A stretch of DNA of 64,000 nt from Prasinococcaceae sp. CCMP 1430 (lineage: Eukaryota; Plantae; Prasinodermophyta). Shown here one piece after another: positions 34,757 through 45,376 of this stretch (position 1 is its first letter; each line of letters opens with the position of its first letter). A model generated the notes under the pieces. It did no database searches, was not told the DNA's origin, and worked only from the letters and a program-made list of their open reading frames with translations. The stretch spans positions 472,145 to 536,144 of the forward strand of contig RQSC01000002.1 in NCBI GenBank assembly GCA_013416795.1, in the 5' to 3' direction. A program made the translations under genes and the position numbers.

Positions 34757-35520
34757 CTACGCACGTACGTCGGAGGCACCTGTACCTGTACCTGTGCTCT
34801 CATCGACGTCGAGGCCGCCCTCTCCGTCCTCGCTCTTCTCCTGCGGCGCCTGCACGCCCTCGCTGGCCTGGGCTGTGGCAGCCGGCGCTGCGGGGGCCTC
34901 GGCGGACGCTCCGCTGTTGCGCGCGCGGCGCGAGGTGCGCCCAGGCGGCGGGACCGCGCCGGGCGCGCCGAGGGCCTGATAGGATGTGATGCTCGCGGCG
35001 ATGAAGAACGCGCCGGCGAATACTATCTCGGCCACGATCTGAGCAGGGTGAGCAAAAGAAGCGTCAGTGGCGAGTGGGTGGCGGGGAACCAGCGAGGAGC
35101 GCCGGCCCGGGGCGCATCGGGGAGGCTACTCTGCGTCGCGCGCGCGCCGTCACCTTCCCCTCGAAGCTCGCAAGCCCCGCGACGAGCCCCATTAGCAGCA
35201 CCTGCCAGTGTGTAGCGCAGTCGCCGGGCATTTGAAATTCCGACGCGGCGCGGAGGTGGCGCGGCCAGCCAGTCCAGTCAGCACAGGCACTGCCAGTGGC
35301 AGCGCACGAAGCGAGCACTCCTTCGAGCGAGGGGACTTCGAGGGGTTCTACACCTGCGCGCGCGCAGAGGGCGCGCATAGACATCTGTGGAGCGCACGCG
35401 TACCGCCGAGGCCATCGCGAGCGCGGGCGCGCTCTCCAGCTCGTCCAGGTGGTGGAGCGCGTGCTGCAGGCTCCTTTGTGCGCCCTTGGACAGCGGAGCG
35501 CCGCTGGGGCCGCCGCCGCT
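34757..35520 (-). CDS. Hypothetical small membrane protein; 5' part lies in an N-gap
   Basis: Plausible spliced frame ...HWQVLLMGLVAGLASFEGK|IVAEIVFAGAFFIAASITSYQALGAPG... with canonical splice sites; no family recognised. Confidence 0.35.
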
Positions 35521-36518
35521 GCTGCCGCCGCCGCCGCGCGCGCGCGGNNNNNNNNNNNNNNNNNNNNNNNNNNNNNNNNNNNNNNNNNNNNNNNNNNNNN
35601 NNNNNNNNNNNNNNNNNNNNNNNNNNNNNNNNNNNNNNNNNNNNNNNNNNNNNNNNNNNNNNNNNNNNNNNNNNNNNNNNNNNNNNNNNNNNNNNNNNNN
35701 NNNNNNNNNNNNNNNNNNNNNNNNNNNNNNNNNTCCTCCACACAAGGCGCGCTCCACACGCCACGCCAACGCAACCTCCCTCACCCCCCCCACCACCACC
35801 CTCCCGTCGGTGCTCCATACGGCGCTTGCCCCTCGGCGCCTCGAACGGCGCGCACACGCCCCTGCCTGCAGCTGCCCCGCGCTCCTGCCGCTGCTCGCGA
35901 CGAGCCCACGCTCGGTCGTCGGTCTCAGCCAGCCCAGCCTCTGCCTGATGAGCGTCCCCACTCACTCATCACCCGCCGGCCTGCAGGGCCCGCCTTTCCC
36001 CCCTTCCCCCCCCACTGTGCTGCTGCGTCCGCCTGCCTGCTGGCGGTGCGCCTGCGTCCACCAGCCAGCGAGCCAGCCCGCCCCCCCCTTCCCCCCCNNN
36101 NNNNNNNNNNNNNNNNNNNNNNNNNNNNNNNNNNNNNNNNNNNNNNNNNNNNNNNNNNNNNNNNNNNNNNNNNNNNNNNNNNNNNNNNNNNNNNNNNNNN
36201 NNNNNNNNNNNNNNNNNNNNNNNNNNNNNNNNNNNNNNNNNNNNNNNNNNNNNNNNNNNNNNNNNNNNNNNNNNNNNNNNNNNNNNNNNNNNNNNNNNNN
36301 NNNNNNNNNNNNNNNNNNNNNNNNNNNNNNNNNNNNNNNNNNNNNNNNNNNNNNNNNNNNNNNNNNNNNNNNNNNNNNNNNNNNNNNNNNNNNNNNNNNN
36401 NNNNNNNNNNNNNNNNNNNNNNNNNNNNNNNNNNNNNNNNNNNNNNNNNNNNNNNNNNNNNNNNNNNNNNNNNNNNNNNNNNNNNNNNNCGCCGCGCCCG
36501 CGCGCGCGGCGGTGCGCA

Positions 36519-37615
36519 TGGCGGCCGCCGGCGGTGCCAACGGCGACGCCGAGCTGTCGGCCGCCCCCGTGGAGGCCGGATCGTCCAAGGTCAAGGTCGC
36601 CGCCGTGTCCGCGGAGGAGGAGGACAACATGCCCAAGGAGAAGCTCGTGCTCTTCGGCATCACCTGCCCCGACAACCGCGCCGCGCAGTTCGCCATCCTC
36701 ACCGTGGGCTCGCTCGTCTGCTCGATCGGCTTCTCGGCGCTGCAGGAGGGCGTGACGCGCGTGCCGGGCTTCAAGTTCTCGGGCTGGATGACGCTCATCA
36801 CCACCCTGTCCTACGCCGTGTGCGCGCTCATCGAGATGGTCGCCACCAAGGGCAAGCTCGAGAAGAAGGGCAGCTGGGGCAACTACGTCCTCCTGTCGAC
36901 CCTGACGTTCGGCGGCATGTACGCGACCAACTACGCGCTCAAGTTCCTCAACTACGCCACGCGCATCGTGGCCAAGTCCTCCAAGGTCATCCCGGTGATG
37001 CTCTTCTCGACCATCATCAACGGCAAGAAGTACAACTGGCGCGAGTGGGGCGCCGTCGGCCTGCTCGTGGCCGGCATCATCCTCTTCACGCTCGGCGACG
37101 TCGCCTCGATGCCCTCGTTCTCGCCGATCGGCATCGTGCTCATCACCGCCGCGCTCTGCATTGACGCCATCACCTCCAACTTCGAGGAGAAGGTCTTCTT
37201 CCGCGTCAAGAACCCCTCGAGCCACTCGGAGGTGCTGCTCTTCGCGTCGCTCTTCGGCTCCATCTGGTCGTTCGCCTCGGTGTACCTCACCGGCGAGCTC
37301 GCCCCCGCCATCGCGCACTCCATGGCCAACCCCCAGGTCGTCCCCTCCATCATGGTCTTCTCCGTCCTCGGCTACGCCTCGGTGTCCTTCATCCTGGGCA
37401 TGATCAAGTTCTTCGGCGCGACCGAGGCCGAGATCGTCAAGTCGTGCCGCAAGGTGCTGTCGATCGTCATCTCGTTCATCCTCTTCCCCAAGGCGCTCAA
37501 CTGGAAGTACATCGCGGGCTTCGTCACCGTGGTGGGCTCGATCGCGTGGACTTTCCAGCTCAAGCAGGAGAAGATCAAGGCGAAGGAGGCGGCCAAGGCT
37601 GCGGAGGCCGCGTAA
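36519..37615 (+). CDS. Nucleotide-sugar/PAPS transporter, SLC35B (UAA) family
   Basis: About 10 TM segments; TNYALKFLNYATRIVAKSSKVIPVML; DAITSNFEEKVF; FGATEAEIVKSCRKVLSIVISFILFPK; strong GC3 codon bias. Confidence 0.88.
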
Positions 37616-38006
37616 AGCAAGCACCCATAGGCTGGCCGTGGGCGACGTCGCACTCATTTGTAATCTAAAGCGGATACGCGCCGTTCACACACACACACAC
37701 ACACACACCAGGGCCCCACGCGTGCGCGCGCGAGAGAGAGAGATAGAGAGACAGAGAAAGCAGGCAGGGAGTGGGCGGCATCGGGCCGCCGATGGTCCCG
37801 AGCGCAACATGTCGCGTCGCCGAGCCGACACAGCGCTGAGCTGACGTGCAGCGTGGGCTGCGCGGACGATGCACGCCGCGGGATCCACGGCAGGGCGCGC
37901 CGAGCGCGCGCGCGCGCGCGCGCGTGCCCTTCCGTCGTCGCCTTCAAATATCATTAACCGCCGCAACACACGCCCCGCCGTTTCTCGCACGTCCTCCCTC
38001 GCGCGC

Positions 38007-38570
38007 TCAATACAGCGCCTTCCTGGGCGTGAGCACATTGTCGATCAGGCCGTACTTTTGCGCCTCCTCCGGCGAGAAGAACTTGTCGCGCTTGAAGTCG
38101 TTGGCGACCTCCTCCTCCTCCTTGCCCGTCATCTGCGCGATCCGCTGCCACATGAACTGCCTCAGCCGGAGCAGCTCGCCAGCCTCCACCTGGATGTCGC
38201 TCGCCTGGCCGCGCGCCGCGCCGCCCGGCTGCCCCATGATCAGCCGCGTGTGCGGCAGCGAGTACCGCGAGCCCTTCTTGCCCGCCGCGAGCAGGAACAG
38301 CGCCATGTTGGTGGCCTGACCGAACGCGAGCGTGGCGACGGGGCTCTTCACGTGGTTCATCGTGTCGTACAGGCAAAGCGCAGGCGTGGTCTCGCCGCCG
38401 GGCGAGTTCACGTACAGCGTGATCGGCTTGTCGGACTCGCTGTCCAAGTACAGCATGGTCGCAACCATCTTGTTACCGAACTCCTCGTCGATCTTCTGTC
38501 CGATGAAGATGATGCGCTCGCGGTACTGTGGAGACGCGTGCGCGGCGAGGAGCGCAAGTGGTGGCAGGAA

Positions 38571-38602
<32 letters not shown>

Positions 38603-39138
38603 TGGAAGGGGAGGGTGGAGGTATGCGACAGGCGAGCGCACTCAGCGCGTCAGCGCGTTGCCTTCGGGCAGCCCGCACTCGGCGCGGACGCGCTGGCGGC
38701 ACGCCGGACCCGCCATTGGCGCGCCGCGGGCCACCTAGCGAAGTAGTCAGGCGTTCTCGCGCCTCCGAGTGGCGGGAGCGCGCGTGCATGTGCCCTCCAT
38801 CCCTCGCGGGCCGCGGGCGCACCCGCCCCAGGCCAAACCCTAGGGAGGCCGGGTTGCGCGAGTGCGCCGGGCTTGCGCCGTGCTCACGCTCGGATTGCGA
38901 GCGCGCGCCTGTGCGTGGGGGCGCGGGGGCGAGCGCATGCGCGCGGGCGCGGGCGCGCGCGAGAGCTCGAAGCGTGCGCCGCTCACCAGGCAGTCCCAGA
39001 GGTCGGCCCACTGCCACAGGTTCTCCCCCGGCGACTTGACGGGCACTTTGGGCACGCCGACGGGCATCATGCGCGCGGCGGCGCGGCGCGGCGCGCGTCG
39101 GCGGCGCGGCCGCGCGCCCCCATCGCCACCGCCGCCAT
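38007..39138 (-). CDS. CLPR2: Plastid Clp protease non-catalytic subunit, ClpR2-like; one intron (about 38990-38529)
   Basis: MPVGVPKVPVKSPGENLWQWADLWDCL|YRERIIFIGQKIDEEFGNKMVATMLYLD; catalytic Ser and His are absent (QATNMA, IMGQP); AARGQASDI. The transit-peptide ATG at 39138 is out of frame in this assembly. Confidence 0.85.
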
Positions 39139-39820
39139 CGCTCCCGCCGCGGGCGCGGACAGAGGCGCGCGGGGAGGAAGGGAGGGAGGGGGCCAGGGAA
39201 AGAGGGCGAGGGCCGCCCGCTCGCGCGCGCGCACGCTCTGGCGCACTCTCCGCGACACCCCTCCTAAAAAAAAAACGCAGAAAAAAATCCTCGCGCCGAA
39301 TTCGCGGAGCGCCCGGCCCAAACCGCCCCCATCCCGTCGCCCCGCGCGCCCCGCCCCCGCCGACAAATCCAACCCCCCGAACCTCGCCCGTGGCCGCGCG
39401 CCGCCGCACGCGCCCCCGCTCGCCACCATCGCGAAATTCGTTCCGTAAAAACGCGTGCTTATCCGCGCCGGCGCCGCCGCCTCCCCCGGCGCTGCGCGCC
39501 CCACCGCGCGACCGCCCCCCCCCCACACACACGTGCGTTTTGACGTAGCCACTATCAAAACGCATGCGATGTCGCGCCCCGGGAGCGCCGGCATGGCACC
39601 ATCAATCAAGGTGCACGCCGGCCGGGCGGAGCGAAGCGAAGCGAAGCGAAGCGGGTGATTGATGGACTGATCGCCGAGCGCGACGCCGGTTGCGCCGCGG
39701 CGCGCGCCGGTCGCGGATCCGTGTCGGGGTTCCGACGCGGGATCGGGGGGGACGGGGGCGGCATCGCGCGCGGGCGGTGCGGCAGCGCGCGCGCCGCCGG
39801 GCGGCGGCGGGGCGCGCGCG

Positions 39821-41451
39821 ATGGACTTTTCCGAGTCGTACCAGCACAGCGGCGCGGTGGCGTGGAGCCCCGGCGGGACGCTGCTCGCGACGGCGGTGGA
39901 CTTCCGTGTGGTGGTGCGCGACGCGGACTCGCTGGCGGTGGAGCGCCTCTTCTCATGCCTCGACCGCGTGGCCGCGGTCGCGTGGTCGCCCGACGGCCAG
40001 TTCCTGATGGCGAGGCTCGCCAAGCGCGCCGTGCTGCAGGTGTGGTGCGTGTCGCGCCCCGAGTGGACGTGCCGCATCGACGAGGGCGCCGCGGGGCTCG
40101 GCCACGCCGCCTGGGCGCCGTGCTCGCGTCACATCATCACCGTGTCCGAGCTCGGCGTCCGCGCGACCGTCTGGTCGCTCGGCGACCGCGCGCGCGCGTC
40201 CATCGGCGCGCCCAAGCACGCCGACGGCGCCGGCATCAGCTTCGGTGGCGAGCGGCCCGGCGCGGGCGAGGACGAGCTGGGCGTCGCGGCGACGCCCAAG
40301 GTGGGCGCGTGGCTGGCGGTGCTCGAGCGCAGGGCGTGCAAAGATTACGTCGCTGTGTACGATGCGGGAACCTTCGAGCTCGCCGCCAGGTTCAAGGCGA
40401 GCACGGCGGACGGTGAGGGGCGCGCGCCCCGCCTCGCCGCCTCACGGCGCCGCGGCGCCGCCGCGACGCGGCAAAGCGCGTGCACGCGCCTTCCCCAGCC
40501 CCCACCGCGCACAACACGCGCTGACGACGACCATAACCACCTTCGCCTCCTTTCGCGCGCGCTGGTTGCTCGCGCATGCGGCCTCGCACGCCACGCCCGC
40601 CCCCGCGCGCGCGCGCAGCGTCGGACCTGGCGTGGTCCCCCGACGGGACGGCCATCGCCGTGTGGGACTCGCCGCTCGAGCACCGCGTATGCCTGCACGC
40701 CCCGGATGGGGCGCTGCTCGGCGAGTACAGCGCGTACAGCGGCGCCCTCGGAATCAAGTGCGTGCGCTGGGCGCCCAGCGGGCAGCTGCTCGCGGTGGGG
40801 TCGTACGACGAGCGGCTGCGCGTGCTCAACCACCTCACGTGGCAGCCGCTGGCGGAGTGCGCGCACCCGTCCAACGTACGCTCGCCCGAGGACGCGGTGG
40901 TGTACAAAGAGGTGGTCGAGCGCCCGCAGGTGGAGCCCGAGGAGGTGGTGGAGACGGAGAGGCACGGCGGCGACGGCGACGGCCTGGCGGCGGCGGCACG
41001 CCGCGGACGCTACGTCGTGTGCGCGCTGCCTGAGGCGGTGCCCGTCGCGCGGCCGCCGCAGGCGCGCGCCAATCCCAAACTGGGGGTGGGCACGGTGGAG
41101 TGGTCGCCCGACGGGAGCTACGTCGCGACGGTGAACGACAACATGGCGGGAGCGGTATGGGTGTGGGACATGCGCAGCCTCGCGCTGTCGGCGGTGCTGC
41201 TGCACGCCGAGCCTGTCGCGGCGGCCCGCTGGGAGCCATGCGCGGAGCGCGGCGCGGCGCCGCGACTCGCCATAGCCACGGGCGAGGGGCGGGTGGGCCT
41301 GTGGACGCCCGAGGGCGTCAGCTGCGTGCACGTCCCGCTGCCGGGCTTCAGGTGCAGCGACCTGCTGTGGAACCCGGCGCCGCCGGGTGGCGCGCCCAGC
41401 TTCGTGCTCATCGACCGTGGGAGCCTCACCGTCGCCTTCCTCGATGGCTGA
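39821..41451 (+). CDS. WRAP73: WD40 centriolar protein WRAP73/WDR8; exons 39821-40412 and 40619-41451
   Basis: MDFSESYQHSG...WSPGG; LFSCLDRV; EWTCRIDEGAAGL; LGIKCVRWAPSGQLLAVGSYDERLRVLNHLTWQ; RANPKLGVG...WSPDG..VATVNDNM..AVWVWD. Confidence 0.88.
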
Positions 41452-42017
41452 CGAGTGACAAGGCGATCAGCCACGGGTTCCCACACGCATGGGGCGCGCA
41501 CACACACACACAGAGACGCGCGCGCGCGCGTACACGTACGCGCGCGCACACGCACACGCGCACGCACACGCGCCTTCCATCGGTGGCGAGGCCGCGGCGT
41601 GCGCCTTCAGCCCTGCAGGCGCGGTACACCCAAGACGACCTCTCGTCCCGGGTAGGACACTGTCAATCCCTGATTGAAGGTACTGTCAGAATGAGATTGC
41701 CCACCCAAACTCGCGCGGGGGAACGCACCGCAACGCGTTTCCAATTTGGCGTGCATTTCGAGCCTTTTGTGAAGGTAAAATGACACAAAATAGTGATGTT
41801 TCGTCGCGTCGATTCTGCCAACGGCGCAGCGCGCCCGCTGGCGCGCCCGCTCCGGAGCGCCCCTCCCCCCGCGCCACACTCGCGCCTGCGGGCAGGGCAC
41901 CGGACGCGAGGCGCGCCGCGCCTCGCGGACCGAGGGGAGCGGGCGGCGGAGGGGTCGAAAGGCGCCGCGTTGGCGCGGCGATGGGCCTGGCTCGGACGCC
42001 CGGCAGCACGGGCGGCC

Positions 42018-45000
42018 ATGCCCCCCAACGTGCGCTCGCAGTCGGAGCCTGCCTCGCGGTGGCAGCGGCCGGCGGGCTCGAAGGGTGCGAACTCACCGGA
42101 GGGAGGCTCTGATGCTGCGCAGGCCGGCCCGGGGTCGGGGTCGGGGCGGGCCGGGCGCCGCTCGGCGTCGTCCTTGCTGCGCCGCGCGTTGTCGCCTTCT
42201 GCGGCCAAGCACTCGCGTTCGGCTCGCTCGACTTCGTCGCGCGAGCTTGCAGCAACGGCGCGTAGCAGCGGCGGTCGCGTGGGTCTGCCGCCGTGCGGGT
42301 GGCTTTATGTGTACCAGGGACGCGTGCGCCGCTGGCGGAAGCGCTTCTGCGTGGCGCTCACGCCGGGCGTGCTCGTGCAGTACCGCGACGAGACTCGCCG
42401 CTCCAAGCCGGTCACACTCAACCTCGCGGGCGCCAAGGTGTTAGTCGACCACTCACGCAACGACAGGCAGTTCATGGTGGCCACGCCTCTCGACGCCTCG
42501 CTCAGAAGGAAAGGTTCGATGGATGGTGTCGGCCCCGCAGTCGTGGGTGCCGGCGGCGGCGCGCACGCGCGCGTGACCTCAGACGGGACACAGCCTGCAG
42601 ACGCGCGCCCCTCGCTGAGCTCGGCGGGTCCCAGTTCGCAGTCCCCCACACACGAGCGCGCCTCAACGTCCGAGTCGCAATCGAAGGCCATGGCCTCGGC
42701 CAACGTGGCCAACAGCTTCCAGTACTTTCGAGTACTCAAGCGCCCCGCAGGCCTGCGCGACGCGTGGACACGCTGCCTGCAGGAAAACGTCGCAGCCTTC
42801 GCAGAGGCGGAGGAAATTGCGGGTGGCGCTGCTGGAGCGAGCCACGGGCAAACATTGCAGGACCGCACTGCGTCCCGTCGCGCTCCCAGCGGTGACGAGG
42901 TCGCGTCGCCACCACAGGTGCTCCTCGACGCCGAGTTGGAGCGTGTGATGGCCCCAATTGAACAGGCGCAGGCGCGCGCCGAGGGTGCACTCGAGCGCAC
43001 TCGCCGAGCGCTGGCGGAGCTAGGGCTGAGCGTCGTAGGCGGTGAGGGTGGCGAGGGTGGCGCGCAGAGCCGTGCCAACAGTTCCGACGAGGGAGTCAAT
43101 GGACGGACCAATGGTGACGGTGCCCACTTGCGCGCTCCCGTCTTGACAGCCGCTCAACACGTGCTACGCGAGGAGGTGGCGCGCCGGCTCCGCCTGCAGA
43201 CGGAGCTTGTTGTGCTGAGACGTGCCGTGAAGGAGCTCAGCACCGAAAACTTCGCGCTTCGCGAGTTCCGCAGACAGGTGGAGACGGGTGTAGGCGATCG
43301 CGCGGAAGGGTTGCAGTCGGCGGCGGGGCCCAACAGTGGCAATTGGATTGGGCGGCGGCGAGAGATTCTGGCCGGGGCGAGCGCGGGAAATAGCGCGACA
43401 TCGGCTGTCTCCAGCATCGGAACCGCAAGCGACGGTGCCGACGCCGAGGCGATCGATGCGCTCGAGTCGATAAGTGCGGTGGGCGATGGCGGTGACGCGC
43501 ACTCACGCAAGGACGGCGCGTCTGTGCTTGGCGAGGGGGACGGCGCGCTTAAGCTGTTCGAGGCAATGAATGCGCTCGCACAGCGCGAGCACATGCTGCG
43601 GCGCGGCGGCTCGATGCTGGACTCGGACATCGAGGGTGGTGACACGGGCTCAGACACCGAGCACTCCAATGACGAGTTGAGCAGCGCGTCGGACAGCTTT
43701 TCCGATGGCTCGGAGCAGTCGCACGACTACCTGTCGCGCTTCGCCAATGTACGCAGCCGACTGCCGTCGGGGCCGCCGCCAAGCAGCCGAATCGCTTTCC
43801 CGCAGGCGCTGTTGCGGTACCTCGCCGGTGGCGACCTGTGCGCTTCGCGGCTCAATGGCGCGGCGGCTGCAATCAGCCTGCCCTGCCAGGTCAACGAGCC
43901 GCTTTCGCTTCTGCAGCGCATCGGCGAAGAGATGGAGCATGCGTATCTGCTCGACGCCGCGGCTGCCGCGTCAACCGTGGATGAGGCGGCCATGTGGGCG
44001 CTCCTCTTCGCTGTAGCGCCATACGGCGCGTGGGCGGCGCGCACGCGCGCACCGTTCTCACCGGCGCTCGGTGAGACATTCGAGTGGGCGAGCCCGGAGG
44101 GTGCGTGTCACTTCTACGCGGAACACGTGGGCCGCGACCCGCTCACCTCTGCGTGGCACGCGGAGGGCCACTCGCGCACAGGCAAGCGCTGGCGTTACTA
44201 CGGCAGCGGCTCGCTCTCGGGATACTTCTCGGGCAAGGACATCGAGTTCGGTGTGCATGGCGAGTGCGTGCTTGAACTGTACGACTTGCCTGTGGCGGCG
44301 ACGGCGCACGACACGGCCATAGGCCCGAACGGCGGAGGAGGTACCCCTGACAGTGACAGGCAGTCGTCGGCCGATGTCGTCGTGCTGCGCTGGAGCAGAC
44401 TACGCGGCCGTCTACGGGACGTGATTTTCGGCACGGTCGCAGAGCGCGCTGATTTCACAGGGGAGTTGCGCGTTGAGAGCGAGTGCGGCGCAAGCGCGGT
44501 GGCCACGCTGCTACCCCCAGTCACGGGCACGGCGAACGCCCAGGTCGCAGCCGGCGCTGGCGACATCGGAGGGCGCTCGCTCTCGATGCCGATGCGCGGC
44601 GCTGTGAGCGACGCCGCTGGTGCGACACAATACGAGCTGGTAGGCGACCTACGCGCCTCGATACGCTGCATGGACGTCGGGAGTGGAGAAAGCGAGCTCG
44701 ACCCCTCGGCTGACTTTGCCGAAGGAGTGGGTGGGCTGGGTGGCAGCAGACGACCAACCCCATCGACTCGCCGGAACATAGGAGGCGGTGTGGAGCTTTG
44801 GCAGTCCTCGGCGCCGCCTGAGGGCTTGCGTGGAGACGACCAGTACTCGTTCAGTGCCTTCGCGATTGGGCTCAACGAGCCGCCCGCTGACGGGAGCGAA
44901 CTTCCCCGCACGGACTCGCGCTTCAGGGAAGACATGCGCCTGATGGAGACTGGCGACTTCAACGGCGCCACGCGCGCGAAAGCAGCGTTGGAGCAGCGCG

Positions 45001-45125
45001 AGCTGGCCGCCGAACGCACGCGCGCGCAGCGCGGTGAAAAGTGGGCGCCGCGTTGGTTCGAATGCGACCCTGCCAGCGGCGCGTGGCGCTCCAATGGGAA
45101 GTACTTCGAGCAGCGCCGCGCCTGA
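42018..45125 (+). CDS. Oxysterol-binding-protein-related protein (PH + OSBP domain, ORP1-like), with a degenerate ligand signature
   Basis: PH domain CGWLYVYQGRVRRWRKRFCV...LVQY; OSBP domain ISLPCQVNEPLSLLQRIGEEMEHAYLLD, PFSPALGETFE, LPRTDSRFREDMRLMETGD...KAALEQR...WAPRWF. Confidence 0.85.
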   Translation: MPPNVRSQSEPASRWQRPAGSKGANSPEGGSDAAQAGPGSGSGRAGRRSASSLLRRALSPSAAKHSRSARSTSSRELAATARSSGGRVGLPPCGWLYVYQGRVRRWRKRFCVALTPGVLVQYRDETRRSKPVTLNLAGAKVLVDHSRNDRQFMVATPLDASLRRKGSMDGVGPAVVGAGGGAHARVTSDGTQPADARPSLSSAGPSSQSPTHERASTSESQSKAMASANVANSFQYFRVLKRPAGLRDAWTRCLQENVAAFAEAEEIAGGAAGASHGQTLQDRTASRRAPSGDEVASPPQVLLDAELERVMAPIEQAQARAEGALERTRRALAELGLSVVGGEGGEGGAQSRANSSDEGVNGRTNGDGAHLRAPVLTAAQHVLREEVARRLRLQTELVVLRRAVKELSTENFALREFRRQVETGVGDRAEGLQSAAGPNSGNWIGRRREILAGASAGNSATSAVSSIGTASDGADAEAIDALESISAVGDGGDAHSRKDGASVLGEGDGALKLFEAMNALAQREHMLRRGGSMLDSDIEGGDTGSDTEHSNDELSSASDSFSDGSEQSHDYLSRFANVRSRLPSGPPPSSRIAFPQALLRYLAGGDLCASRLNGAAAAISLPCQVNEPLSLLQRIGEEMEHAYLLDAAAAASTVDEAAMWALLFAVAPYGAWAARTRAPFSPALGETFEWASPEGACHFYAEHVGRDPLTSAWHAEGHSRTGKRWRYYGSGSLSGYFSGKDIEFGVHGECVLELYDLPVAATAHDTAIGPNGGGGTPDSDRQSSADVVVLRWSRLRGRLRDVIFGTVAERADFTGELRVESECGASAVATLLPPVTGTANAQVAAGAGDIGGRSLSMPMRGAVSDAAGATQYELVGDLRASIRCMDVGSGESELDPSADFAEGVGGLGGSRRPTPSTRRNIGGGVELWQSSAPPEGLRGDDQYSFSAFAIGLNEPPADGSELPRTDSRFREDMRLMETGDFNGATRAKAALEQRELAAERTRAQRGEKWAPRWFECDPASGAWRSNGKYFEQRRA

Positions 45126-45376
45126 GATGCCTCGCACCTCTGTGCGCTGTAGTTGTGACACATCGACTGGTCATTATTATTCGCCCGCGTCACTAGAGTG
45201 CCGGTCCGCGCGCCCTCCTTCAGAAATTTGAGAAGTTCCCGTAGCCGCCCGACTGCTTGCTCTTCTTCTGCGGCGGCGCAAAGGAGCCGCCCGCGCCCGC
45301 TCCTCGACCGGCCGCGGCAGCAGCGGCGGGAAGGTATTTACCCACGCCGCTGCCGCGCTGGGCCGGCGCCGAAACC

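Noticed and set aside
38007-38528. Loss of the catalytic Ser and His in the Clp subunit read as pseudogenisation
   Set aside because: Expected for ClpR-type subunits, which are known to be non-catalytic.
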